Shown here: piece after piece, positions 9,395-18,797 of the stretch
Layout of the letters: each line of letters starts with the position of its first letter
Position numbering within the stretch: position 1 is the first letter of the stretch
Source of the DNA: Candidatus Limnocylindrales bacterium
Lineage (GTDB): Bacteria > Moduliflexota > Moduliflexia > Moduliflexales > JAUQPW01
Reading direction: 5' to 3'
NCBI GenBank assembly: GCA_035559535.1
Contig: DATMBG010000033.1
Coordinates: forward strand, 125,573-180,378
DNA length: 54,806 nucleotides
Program-made: the position numbers and the translations under genes
Notes under the pieces: model-generated
What the model saw: the letters and a program-made list of their open reading frames with translations, nothing else
Database searches by the model: none
Told to the model about the DNA's origin: nothing

Positions 9395-10115
9395 ATTAGT
9401 TATAAAAGATATCTATGCCGGTTATGGAGCGGTCCAGGTCTTGCATGGTATATCCCTGGTGTTAAATGAGGGAGAGATGGTGGTTCTCCTGGGTACCAAT
9501 GGTAATGGCAAAACTACCCTGATTCACTGCATAATGGGTCTAGTGGTTCCCAACCTGGGTGAAATATATCTGGAACTGAACGGTCAACCTATGGAGTTAA
9601 CGGGCAGATCCCCGGAAGAGATTGTAAATTTAGGAATCTCTCTGGTTCCCGAAGGGAGAAGGCTGTTCTCGAAACTGACCGTCGAAGAAAACTTGCTGGT
9701 TGGGGCCTATCGTAAAGAAGCCCGTAAAAGTTTACGCCAAAATCTGGCCTTTTGCTTTGAAACTTTCCCTATTTTAGCAGAACGCAGGCATCAATTGGCG
9801 GGTACTTTAAGTGGAGGAGAGCAGCAAATGCTGGCCATAGCCAGAGCTCTCATGGCTCAGCCACGCATTCTCCTGGTGGATGAACCCTCTATTGGATTAG
9901 CACCTGTCTGGGTCAGTCGAGTAATTGCAAAAATCAAGGAGCTCCAGGAGCGGTATGGGTTAACAGTTTTGATGGCCGAGCAAAACTTTCATCAGGCAGC
10001 AAAAGTAGCAGATCGGGGCTACCTCCTCATTGAAGGGAAAATTGAACTTGAGGGTCTTAATCCTGAAGAACTGGGCAAACACGAGCTTGTGAAAAAATAC
10101 TATTTAGGGGTCTAA
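9384..10115 (+). CDS. livF: ABC transporter ATP-binding protein (LivF-like)
   Basis: GTNGNGKTT, VPEGRRLF, LSGGEQQMLAIARAL, DEPSIGLAP. Probable TTG start at 9384 overlapping the livG end. Confidence 0.9.
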   Translation: MASRLVIKDIYAGYGAVQVLHGISLVLNEGEMVVLLGTNGNGKTTLIHCIMGLVVPNLGEIYLELNGQPMELTGRSPEEIVNLGISLVPEGRRLFSKLTVEENLLVGAYRKEARKSLRQNLAFCFETFPILAERRHQLAGTLSGGEQQMLAIARALMAQPRILLVDEPSIGLAPVWVSRVIAKIKELQERYGLTVLMAEQNFHQAAKVADRGYLLIEGKIELEGLNPEELGKHELVKKYYLGV

Positions 10116-10152
10116 TCGTTAGAGGATTAAGGATTCCCGGTCGGGTTTGGAT

Positions 10153-10956
10153 TTATGAAGTACCATTAAACACCATCAAGATGCCTTCTAAAACTCCTCC
10201 TGCGATGGCTCGGGCTTTTTCTGAGATGGTATAGCAATGTTCCAGAATTCCCCTGGGATCAATATCCCCCACTTTAATTCCCTGGGGAACCTGGATTCCT
10301 TCCCGAATAAGTCCCCGAAGGACTCCTGGAATCTGGGCTTTTACGGGAGTTTGACCGACATATAGAACCGTTTCTCCGGCTTTTACCCTATCTCCGATCT
10401 TTCTCATGTGCAGAGTCCTTCCAGGTCCTGGGGCCCTTAATACCCGTTCAGAAGTATATCCACCAATGACCCCGGGAACTCCCGTATCTGCTTCGGCACA
10501 ACCCTTCAAGATTAACCGCCCGAGGTGATGGCCCCGATTGGTTTCCACTACCATGTGAACATCCTCACCAGCCCGGAAACCGGGACCCAAACCTATAACC
10601 AGAGGGGCATCGGATAGATGGGTTCCGAGATTTTTTTTTGCCAGTATAGCATCGATCAAAACATCTGGTTTTAGATCCGCCTTGATAGAGGCGACCGGAT
10701 CTATTAGAACGGGAATAGCTTCCCTTTCCCATTCCTGAAAAATCTTTTCTAAAGAGTCGACATATCTGGCTATAATCCCCTCGACTTCTTTTTCCCCCTC
10801 GTAGATGGCTTCACTAAAAGAAACTTCTCGCCGGACTGCCAGAGGTTGTGGGATTTCGGTTATACAAACCTTAAAATGAGCCCGAGCCAATCGATGCGCA
10901 ACGCCCGTTGCCATTTCGCCACCGCCCCGGATTAAAATTTTCAGATCTAAGGGCAT
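10153..10956 (-). CDS. yqeB: selenium-dependent molybdenum hydroxylase system protein YqeB
   Basis: ILIRGGGEMATGVA.RL, LAVRREVSF, DAILAKKNLGT, IGLGPGF, VETNRGHHLGR, GLIREG, KVGDIDPR, SEKARAIAGGVLE. Start placed at MPLDLK (10956), after the alr stop. Confidence 0.9.
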   Translation of the reverse strand: MPLDLKILIRGGGEMATGVAHRLARAHFKVCITEIPQPLAVRREVSFSEAIYEGEKEVEGIIARYVDSLEKIFQEWEREAIPVLIDPVASIKADLKPDVLIDAILAKKNLGTHLSDAPLVIGLGPGFRAGEDVHMVVETNRGHHLGRLILKGCAEADTGVPGVIGGYTSERVLRAPGPGRTLHMRKIGDRVKAGETVLYVGQTPVKAQIPGVLRGLIREGIQVPQGIKVGDIDPRGILEHCYTISEKARAIAGGVLEGILMVFNGTS

Positions 10957-10963
10957 TTTTCCT

Positions 10964-12232
10964 CTAAGAGTAGCGGTATACCTGGTCATGTCCTCGAACG
11001 CAGACCACTTTACCTTCTTTAAGGTAGACCCGTGGAACTCTGCGACCGATGGAGCAGACAACTTCGTAGGGAATCGTTCCTATCCAGGCAGCTACCTCAG
11101 TAGCTGTGATTTGGTCAGTTTCTTGATTTCCCAGCAAAACAACTTCATCTCCCACCCTTACCTGGGGAATTCTGGATACATCCACCATGCAGAAGTCCAT
11201 ACAAACCCGGCCTATAATGGGACATCTCCTCCCTTGAATTAAGACTTCTCCCTTGTTGGATAAAAACCGACTGTATCCATCTCCGTATCCTACCGGTAGG
11301 GTAGCAATGAGGCTTTCTTGAGAAGTTATAAAACTCCTTCCATAGCTGATAGGGGTTCCTGGGGAAACTCTTTTAAGGAATACCACTTCGGTTTTAAATT
11401 TCATGACCGGCTTTAATGGAAGTACAGAAGCCAGGTCTGGGGAGGGGGGAATTCCGTACAAAGCAATGCCGGGTCTTACCATATTAAAAATGGGGGTCAG
11501 TCCCCCGGTGACCCCTTCAAACTGCTTCATCTGGTCGCTAACCAGTGCATTTAGCAGGCCGGCACTATTAGAGATGTGATAAAATGGTATCGGATAGCCC
11601 GCTTTTTTGACCTGATGGTAAATTTGATAGAACCGATGGATCTGAATTTTGACAAATTCATCTTCAGGTTCATCGGCTGTAGCAAAATGGGTTGCCAGAC
11701 CTTCCAGTTCTATTCCAGGATATGTAAAAAGGATTTCGAGAAAACCGAGGGCTTCTGTGTAGGGAACGCCCAGGCGTCCCATGCCGGTATCGACTTCAAC
11801 ATGGACTTTTACAATTCTCTCCTTTTGAATGGCCTGATGAGAAAGGGCCTGTACAGTTTTTAAGTCAAAAACAAAGGGGGTTAGCCGATAAGTAATAACC
11901 TGGGAGACCTGTCGGTCCACTATTCCACCCAAGATCACAATGGGGTTCTGAAGGCCAGCTTCTCGTAGTTCTATTCCTTCTTCAAGGGTTGCTACGGCTA
12001 ATTTCTTGGCTCCCGCCTGAATTAATTCACGGGCAACAGGTAAAACCCCGTGGCCATAGGCATCTGCTTTAATAACCGGTAAGATTTCAACCTGGTTTCC
12101 TACATGATTCCGGAGGAGGAAAAAGTTATAGATCAGACCTTCCAGATCAACTTCAACAAAGGTAGGACGCAAAGCCAAAGAGGGAAGAACGGGAAAATAG
12201 GAGAGCAAGTAGTTGTTCTCCTGTTCTCCCAT
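10964..12232 (-). CDS. alr: alanine racemase
   Basis: PLP motif VIKADAYGHG, VDTGMGRLG, SNSAG, VRPGIALYG, PVGYGDG, GRVCMD, GTIPYEV. Confidence 0.97.
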   Translation of the reverse strand: MGEQENNYLLSYFPVLPSLALRPTFVEVDLEGLIYNFFLLRNHVGNQVEILPVIKADAYGHGVLPVARELIQAGAKKLAVATLEEGIELREAGLQNPIVILGGIVDRQVSQVITYRLTPFVFDLKTVQALSHQAIQKERIVKVHVEVDTGMGRLGVPYTEALGFLEILFTYPGIELEGLATHFATADEPEDEFVKIQIHRFYQIYHQVKKAGYPIPFYHISNSAGLLNALVSDQMKQFEGVTGGLTPIFNMVRPGIALYGIPPSPDLASVLPLKPVMKFKTEVVFLKRVSPGTPISYGRSFITSQESLIATLPVGYGDGYSRFLSNKGEVLIQGRRCPIIGRVCMDFCMVDVSRIPQVRVGDEVVLLGNQETDQITATEVAAWIGTIPYEVVCSIGRRVPRVYLKEGKVVCVRGHDQVYRYS

Positions 12233-12273
12233 TCTCCCTCTCCTCTTATTTTTTTATATTTTTTTAGGTTATT

Positions 12274-13641
12274 TTAAAAAGGTTGTCCTTCATTCCGGTG
12301 AGAAGTCTCTAGATTTTCGAACCGTGTGTACTCTTTGATAAAGGCCAGTTGAACAGTCCCGACAGGGCCGTTTCGTTGTTTACCGATGATAATTTCGGCG
12401 ATACCTTCTTGTTCTTCGGGATCATAGGCATCGGGACGGTAGATAAAGAGGACCACGTCGGAGTCCTGTTCCAGGGAACCGCTCTCACGAAGGTCTGATA
12501 ATTGGGGTTTTCGGTCCGATCGGGTTTCTACAGCCCGGCTTAGCTGGGAGAGTGCAATAACGGGGACGTTCAATTCCTTGGCCAGGGCTTTTAAAGATCG
12601 GGAGATTTCCGTAACTTCCTGCTGACGATTTTCATGTCGCCTCGTGGATCGTACCAATTGAAGGTAATCGACAATAATCAATCCGAGGCCACGCTCCGCT
12701 TTAAGTCGTCGGGCTTTGGCTCGCATTTCTAGAACAGAGATCGCGGGAGTATCATCAATATAAATAGGTGCTGCCGAAAGGGTTTCTGCTGCAGCCGAAA
12801 GGCGCGGCCAATCTTCTCGAGATACATAACCAGTTCGAACCCGATGAGAATCTACCCGAGCCTCTGCACATAACAGACGAATTCCCAATTGTTCCTTAGA
12901 CATTTCCAGGCTAAAAATCGCAGTAGGAATCCTTTCCCTTACGCCAACATGCTGTGCGATATTCAGACAAAAGGAAGACTTTCCCATAGCAGGCCGGGCC
13001 GCCACAATAATCAGATCGGAGGGTTGTAATCCCGAGGTAAGCCGGTCTAACTCAATGAATCCCGTGGGGATACCGGTAATAAATCCCTTCTTATCGTAAA
13101 GACTTTCAATGGTTTTAAAACTCTCTTTGATAACTTCCTTCAGGGGAGAAAATCCTTCTCGAATTCGGGTTTCAGAGATCTCAAAAATCAGCCGTTCGGC
13201 ATCTTCCACTAATTGGTCGATCTCTTCCGACTCGTCATAACAACGCGTAGTAATTTGAATAGCCGCCTGAAGCAACCGTCGCGCAACGGATTTTTCATGG
13301 ACGATCCGGGCATGAAATTCTACATTGGCAGCCGTAGGAACTACATCCACCAGGGCTGCAATATACGGAGGGCCTCCCACCTCGTCTAATTGTCCGCGCC
13401 GTTCTAATTCGTTTTTTAGGGTGAGAAAATCGATAACCTCTTCCCGCTCCGAAAGGGTAATCATGCACTCGAAAATTTTACTATGGGAAGGATGATAGAA
13501 ATCTTCCGGTCTGAGGAGCTCTAATGCTTTATAAAGGGCTTCGTTATCGATTAAAATAGCTCCCAAAACAGATTGCTCTGCATCCAGATCATGGGGTGGG
13601 AGCTTTTCAAAGGTCTTTTTAGCGACTTTGTCCATAACCAC
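12274..13641 (-). CDS. dnaB: replicative DNA helicase
   Basis: LPPHDLDAEQSVLG, AARPAMGKS, FSLEMS, VDYLQL, LSQLSR, DLRESGSLEQD, KQRNGP. No intein. Confidence 0.98.
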   Translation of the reverse strand: MVMDKVAKKTFEKLPPHDLDAEQSVLGAILIDNEALYKALELLRPEDFYHPSHSKIFECMITLSEREEVIDFLTLKNELERRGQLDEVGGPPYIAALVDVVPTAANVEFHARIVHEKSVARRLLQAAIQITTRCYDESEEIDQLVEDAERLIFEISETRIREGFSPLKEVIKESFKTIESLYDKKGFITGIPTGFIELDRLTSGLQPSDLIIVAARPAMGKSSFCLNIAQHVGVRERIPTAIFSLEMSKEQLGIRLLCAEARVDSHRVRTGYVSREDWPRLSAAAETLSAAPIYIDDTPAISVLEMRAKARRLKAERGLGLIIVDYLQLVRSTRRHENRQQEVTEISRSLKALAKELNVPVIALSQLSRAVETRSDRKPQLSDLRESGSLEQDSDVVLFIYRPDAYDPEEQEGIAEIIIGKQRNGPVGTVQLAFIKEYTRFENLETSHRNEGQPF

Positions 13642-13761
13642 ATAATACGTAACGTATAATACCTAACATCATGGAACTAAAGAAAAACAAAGGAGGGAGA
13701 CTCGCTGGATGAAAGTTATAAAGGCGTAAGATGTTCTACTTGTGAATCAGGTCTTTAATAA

Positions 13762-13843
13762 TGCCGAAGGGGGGACTCGAACCCCCACGAGTTTCCTCGC
13801 CACCCCCTCAAGATGGTGTGTCTACCAATTCCACCACTTCGGC
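13762..13843 (-). tRNA. tRNA-Leu (anticodon GAG)
   Basis: Reverse complement GCCGAAGTGGTGGAATTGGTAGACACACCATCTTGAGGGGGTGGCGAGGAAACTCGTGGGGGTTCGAGTCCCCCCTTCGGCA: acceptor stem, D-loop GG, long variable arm, TTCGA T-loop. CCA is not encoded. Confidence 0.95.
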
Positions 13844-14181
13844 ATATCTTAACCTTTATCATCCTATTTACAGTAACAGAATAATGCGTAGATCGGTTTC
13901 TGTCAATAAAAATGTAACAGTTAGGAGTCCGGGGGGGGCCGCAAGTTAGAGATTAGAATAAAAGTAGAAACTAACCTGGAGACTTCGGAGAAAGATTTTT
14001 TATCCCAACCTTCAATGCGTAACCTCTACACTTGTCTCGGACTTCAGTTCCCAATAAAACCCTTGACTTTTAAACTAAGTTAGCTAATTCTTAAAGAAAT
14101 CGAAAATTTTTCATCCGAAAGGCAAGGTCCAGGTTTTTGCCTTTTGTTTTGACTGTAAGTCACAAAGAGGAGGAGCTTGAT

Positions 14182-14877
14182 ATGCCTGTTGTTACCATAT
14201 CCAAAGAATTTGGTGCAGGGGGAACCGATATCGGAAGAAGGGTAGCCGAACTATTGGGGTTCGATCTGTTTGATAAAGAATTAATTTATGAAATTGCGTT
14301 AAGAGTGGGAGTAGATGAGAAACTTGTAGAAGAGTTTGACCAGGAACGTCACAGTGATCGGAAAGCATTTATCTCTAAATTTTTTGATCTTCACCCTATC
14401 GAGAATATACTGAATTACCTGGAAAGTTATATCGACAGACAAAAACGGAAGGAATTGGAAGAAAAACTGAATCGACCGGTAACCCCTTTCGATACCACAG
14501 GATGCTTTGATTCAGAAATCTATGCTAAGATGATGCGAGAACTTATGCATAGACTGGCTGCCCGGGAAAAAGGGGTTGTTATTATAGGTCGTGGTGGGCA
14601 ATGTATCCTTCAAGATTTTCCAAAGACCCTCCATGTGCGGATCGTAGCTCCTCTTGAGTTTAGAATTCAGCGGGTTATGGAGTTAAAAAACTTGGGCCGT
14701 GAGGAAGCCGAGAACCTTATCTATGAAGTCGACCTGAACAGTTCGGATTATATCCGACACTATCATGATGCCTATATTTCAGATCCTACCCTCTATCATC
14801 TCGTTCTTAATACTGCAAAATTGGGCCTTGATCACTCTGCCCAAACTATTTTGTGGATATGGAAACAAATTTTTTGA
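14182..14877 (+). CDS. cytidylate kinase-like family protein
   Basis: MPVVTISKEFGAGG, VIIGRGG, LHVRIVAPLEFRIQR, DPTLYHLVLNT; GAGGAGG SD before ATG 14182. Confidence 0.9.
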   Translation: MPVVTISKEFGAGGTDIGRRVAELLGFDLFDKELIYEIALRVGVDEKLVEEFDQERHSDRKAFISKFFDLHPIENILNYLESYIDRQKRKELEEKLNRPVTPFDTTGCFDSEIYAKMMRELMHRLAAREKGVVIIGRGGQCILQDFPKTLHVRIVAPLEFRIQRVMELKNLGREEAENLIYEVDLNSSDYIRHYHDAYISDPTLYHLVLNTAKLGLDHSAQTILWIWKQIF

Positions 14878-14954
14878 AACTTTTTTGCTTTCCTCTCATC
14901 TCTTAAATTGGAAAATGCTTTTTGAAAACCTTAATTTCTGGAGTAAAGAGATAG

Positions 14955-15488
14955 TTGATTGATCTTGTCAGCAAGGCCAAACAAGATGATGTAAACGCAT
15001 TTCACGAACTATATAAACTTTTTGGAAAAGACATCTACAATTTTGTATATCGGTTGACGGGGTCTAAAGAAGATGCGGAGGATTTAACCCAAGAAACCTT
15101 TGTAAAGGCTTTCCAAGATCTTAAAAACTTAAGAGATGATAGCCGATTTAAATCCTGGCTTTTCAGTATTGCCAGAAACGAAGTATATCAAAAGGCACGA
15201 CGACATGGATCTCGGGTTAAACCCTTGGAGGAGGAAGCTATTCAAATACCCAGCACAGAAAAAACCCCGGAAGAAGCCTACTTACATGGAGAATTAAGTG
15301 ATGTTGTTCAATCGGCCCTGGATTCGCTTCCTTTAAAATTAAAAACCGTACTTATATTGGCGGCTATTCAAAATCATAGCTACCAGGAAATTGCAGAGAT
15401 TGTAGGACGCTCCGTTCCTGCAGTCAAAACAGATATTCACCGGGCTCGACTTAAAGTTCGAGAGCATATTAAAAAGTATTTAAATTAA
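14955..15488 (+). CDS. ECF RNA polymerase sigma factor
   Basis: DAEDLTQETFVKA, FKSWLFSIARN, region 4 SYQEIAEIVG...VKTDIHRAR. Confidence 0.93.
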   Translation: MIDLVSKAKQDDVNAFHELYKLFGKDIYNFVYRLTGSKEDAEDLTQETFVKAFQDLKNLRDDSRFKSWLFSIARNEVYQKARRHGSRVKPLEEEAIQIPSTEKTPEEAYLHGELSDVVQSALDSLPLKLKTVLILAAIQNHSYQEIAEIVGRSVPAVKTDIHRARLKVREHIKKYLN

Positions 15489-15492
15489 CGAT

Positions 15493-16071
15493 ATGAACTG
15501 TCAACTTTGTTGCCAGGAACTTTCAGCCTATATCGATAAGGAATTGAACGAGAAAACTGCGGCGCAACTTCGTACGCATTTGATGACTTGTTTGAATTGT
15601 AAGACTGAGTATGAATCTTTGCTAAAGATGCAGGTTATGATGGATGAAGCCGAGGTTTTTGATCCTGATCCCGCCATCTGGATACGGATAGAGCGGCAGA
15701 TTAGCAGGAAAAAAGTTGATTTCTGGGATAGGGTCCTCTCCACTCTTCAAGACTTGATAGCACGTTATGCTTATTTTATCCATACACCAACCCTGGTTGG
15801 TTCCCTGGCAGCTATCCTGCTGATCCTGATGACCTTCAGTTTGTATGATAAGTATCAGGAAAAGCGAACTTTGATGGCTTGGGTTGAAAAGCACAGCCCG
15901 ACCCATATAAGCTTAGAGATTAATCCGTTTGGTTCTCAAGTTATAGAGAGTTTAGACGACAATCCGTTTGATACTTTTAAAGAGGTTTCCCTGGATCTTA
16001 ATGTGAATTACTTTGGGTCTTCATTTCCTTCAGAGAGCGAGACCCTGGAGAAAAATCCGTTTTCTCTATAA
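15493..16071 (+). CDS. zinc-binding anti-sigma factor (zf-HC2) with TM helix
   Basis: MNC...LSAYIDKEL...HLMTCLNC (HxxxCxxC), one TM segment, directly after the ECF gene. Confidence 0.88.
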   Translation: MNCQLCCQELSAYIDKELNEKTAAQLRTHLMTCLNCKTEYESLLKMQVMMDEAEVFDPDPAIWIRIERQISRKKVDFWDRVLSTLQDLIARYAYFIHTPTLVGSLAAILLILMTFSLYDKYQEKRTLMAWVEKHSPTHISLEINPFGSQVIESLDDNPFDTFKEVSLDLNVNYFGSSFPSESETLEKNPFSL

Positions 16072-16114
16072 GAAAAGACCATTTGGGATCTTATAGAAGA
16101 AAAGTTAATCAAAG

Positions 16115-16555
16115 ATGATAAAAGTAAAAAGGGTGTTACTTTGTTTTATAATAACAGGGGTCCTAGGCCTTATAGACATGGGGTATGCTCAAGATGCAGG
16201 GGAGATAAAACGGAAGCAGGCGGAGGCCATCCATGAACGCATTCGGATTCATTTTAAAAACCAAAATTATCCTCAGGTGGCAGCAGAAATGAATGAGTTG
16301 TTTCAACTTAAATTGCAGGGAAAAAATGAAGAATTGGTGGCTTTAGAGTTGACTGCCGTCATCACAAACCTCATTCGGGTTAAACAATATGCAATCGCCC
16401 ATCAAATCATAGATAACAGCTTAAACTACTTTACCCAACCGGATACACGAGCTACGGCATGGATCCAGAAGGGTAAAGTCTTTGAAGCCGAGGGAAAAAC
16501 CGAAAATGCCCTTGGAGCCTTCAAAAGAGCAGAAGCAGAAGCAAAGCGACGATAA
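16115..16555 (+). CDS. exported TPR-like helical protein
   Basis: Signal peptide ending ..GYA-Q; C-terminal TPR-like AWIQKGKVFEAEGKTENALGAFKRA. Confidence 0.65.
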   Translation: MIKVKRVLLCFIITGVLGLIDMGYAQDAGEIKRKQAEAIHERIRIHFKNQNYPQVAAEMNELFQLKLQGKNEELVALELTAVITNLIRVKQYAIAHQIIDNSLNYFTQPDTRATAWIQKGKVFEAEGKTENALGAFKRAEAEAKRR

Positions 16556-16685
16556 AACCTTTCTTTGTCCATAGTCTATGGTCTAGGCGGAAGGGAGGCC
16601 AGTGATCCTGATCAGGACTATACTCCCTGAAGGGATAGACCAGGGACCATGGACAAAGGACCATGAACAAAAAGGAGACCTTATC

Positions 16686-17048
16686 ATGAGTAGAAATAAA
16701 TTTTTATTTGTGCTACTGTTGGCAGGAATGATGGTTTATGTATCCGGTTGTGCTGGTTATAATACCCAAGTTGGAGCTGTTACCGGTGCCGGTGCAGGGG
16801 CTTTAATCGGTTATGGTATCGGCCATGATACCCAGAGTACTTTGATCGGAACGGCCCTAGGCGGGACTGCCGGAGCAGTCATCGGCCATGGAATAGATAC
16901 TTACAACAGTCGTAATGGTTACCCGTATAATTATGGTTACAGCAATTATCCTTACAATTACGGGTACAGCAATTACCCTTACGGCTATAAAGGTCCAGCA
17001 ACGAGAAGTTATGTGGTACCGGCCCCAAACTCAACAATTAGAAGGTAG
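16686..17048 (+). CDS. glycine-zipper lipoprotein with Tyr/Asn-rich repeat tail
   Basis: AAGGAG SD; lipobox VSGC; GAVTGAGAGALIG...GTALGGTAGAVIG; YPYNYGYSN repeats. Confidence 0.85.
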   Translation: MSRNKFLFVLLLAGMMVYVSGCAGYNTQVGAVTGAGAGALIGYGIGHDTQSTLIGTALGGTAGAVIGHGIDTYNSRNGYPYNYGYSNYPYNYGYSNYPYGYKGPATRSYVVPAPNSTIRR

Positions 17049-17274
17049 GTTGGATAGAACCCTTGTGCAAAGCACTCTCTATAGACCCCTGAATGCGTAG
17101 GAACAATCGGAAACTCGGCCCAGATTTTGCCCACGAGGGCTCCTCTGTTGAGGATCTTCCAAAGCAAGATAGTCCTTCCTGGCCTGGGAGGAATAGAGAT
17201 TGTTCCTACCGATCTAAGGGGTAGTGTCAGGAGGGTATTTTCTTGACCAGAAGATAATGTGAGGTTAGGATCCC

Positions 17275-18477
17275 ATGAAGCATATAAAAAGATTTTCAAT
17301 TTATCTGTCTGTAATTTTGTTGGTTATGATAAGTGGATGGCCGGCCGGGGTTAGTGCACAAAATCCACCCCCAACTCCCGAATTTCGATACCCCGATGCA
17401 AGTATGTCCAATCCACAACTTAAACTGGTTCCCCGACCCCGGGTTAGAGAACCCAAGGTGGATGTCTGGTTAGATAGGGGGTGCAATGGATCTTATTATA
17501 CAGGAGAGACGGTAACCGTTTCCTTTAGAGCCAATGAAGATGGATATGTTACCGTTTATGATGTGGATACTCGGGGACAGGTGAAAGTTTTATTTCCCAA
17601 TCGATATCGCCCGAATAACCGTGTAAATGCGGGACAAACTTATCGGATCCCGGGTCGAGGATATGATTATGATCTGGTAGTCGAGGGTCCTGCCGGAACC
17701 GAATATATTCAAGCGGTTTTCTCCTTAGATCCCTATTACAGTTGGGATTATAACCAGGGAGAGCCAGAATGGGTCTATAAGTGGGGACTCCGGGGAGAGA
17801 GGTCTGGGTATGAAAGTAATGAAAGAATGTTTAAATCCCTGAAAGAACGTGTGCAAACCAACCTGGCTCAAAGATTAAGGGTAGAACCTCGAGGGGATAC
17901 TTATCGAAATTATGATACGGCAGAATGCTTTTTCCGGGTAGTTGATCGAGGATGGGACTACGGTGAGTGGGATAATCCTCCTCCTCCGTCCCGTTTAGAG
18001 GATGAATATCTGGAAAATCAGCGACGGGAATTCGAAAGAATTCCGGAGCTGAGGACTCGAAAGGAACGGGGTCGTCTGGTTGTAACGATGCCAAACTCTA
18101 TTCTCTTTGATACCAACTCCACAGCTCTTGGACCTGGAGCCAGGGATCGTCTCAACCAGGTTGCAGATATTCTTAATCGTTATCCCAGAACCCGGGTGGT
18201 CATAGAAGGTCATACCGATAGTGTAGGAAGTGAAAGTTATAATCTAAGATTATCGGAAAGACGGGCAGAATCCGTTGCAGATTACCTGATTAGCCAGGGG
18301 GTCGAACGTTTTCGGATTACCACCATCGGATATGGTGAAACCAGACCTATAGCTTCCAATGCCACGCCAGAAGGCCGTTTACAGAATAGGCGGGTTGAAT
18401 TGAAAATCTGGGTAGATAGATCCCGATTCCAGGCACGTGAAGATGAATTGAGTCGCCCAGAACGACCCCGATATTAA
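17275..18477 (+). CDS. DUF4384-like domain + OmpA C-terminal peptidoglycan-binding domain protein
   Basis: Signal peptide; VDVWLDRG..Y.TGE.V.V.FRANEDGYV.VYDVD..G.V.VLFPN (DUF4384-like); ILFDTNS, IEGHTDSVGSESYNLRLSERRA, NRRVE (OmpA). Confidence 0.88.
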   Translation: MKHIKRFSIYLSVILLVMISGWPAGVSAQNPPPTPEFRYPDASMSNPQLKLVPRPRVREPKVDVWLDRGCNGSYYTGETVTVSFRANEDGYVTVYDVDTRGQVKVLFPNRYRPNNRVNAGQTYRIPGRGYDYDLVVEGPAGTEYIQAVFSLDPYYSWDYNQGEPEWVYKWGLRGERSGYESNERMFKSLKERVQTNLAQRLRVEPRGDTYRNYDTAECFFRVVDRGWDYGEWDNPPPPSRLEDEYLENQRREFERIPELRTRKERGRLVVTMPNSILFDTNSTALGPGARDRLNQVADILNRYPRTRVVIEGHTDSVGSESYNLRLSERRAESVADYLISQGVERFRITTIGYGETRPIASNATPEGRLQNRRVELKIWVDRSRFQAREDELSRPERPRY

Positions 18478-18797
18478 AATTTTTTAAAAAGGGAGCGCAA
18501 ATCACTCTTCTGCGCTCCTGATCTAAGCCTTACACCCCTTTTTTCCTGCTCAAACTCTTCTGTTGTTTTCAATACCTCAGCCCAAGAAAAAATCTCCCCC
18601 TATCAAAATATATTGACGTAAATAGGGTTTCCATAGGATATTACCTTATACCCATTCACCGTAAGAATGTGGCCTGAAGGGTTGAGATAATCCCAGGGGA
18701 TATCCTATCCCTTAGTTTACATCCCAACGGAAAAGGTCGTACTGTTTAGTTAACCAATGGAACTGTTCAAGGTAATATCTTAGCAGAGGAGATCAAT

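Noticed and set aside
13761-13949. 62-aa [13 protein letters not shown]...
   Set aside because: It is the antisense reading of tRNA-Leu.
13762-14100. tRNA-Leu as an integration site
   Set aside because: No integrase or duplicated tRNA 3' end seen; dnaB follows directly.
14110-14146. c-di-GMP riboswitch-like GAAAGGCAA upstream of the cytidylate kinase-like gene
   Set aside because: Only a simple AAAGGCAA/TTGCCTTT hairpin; the second stem and other conserved elements are missing.
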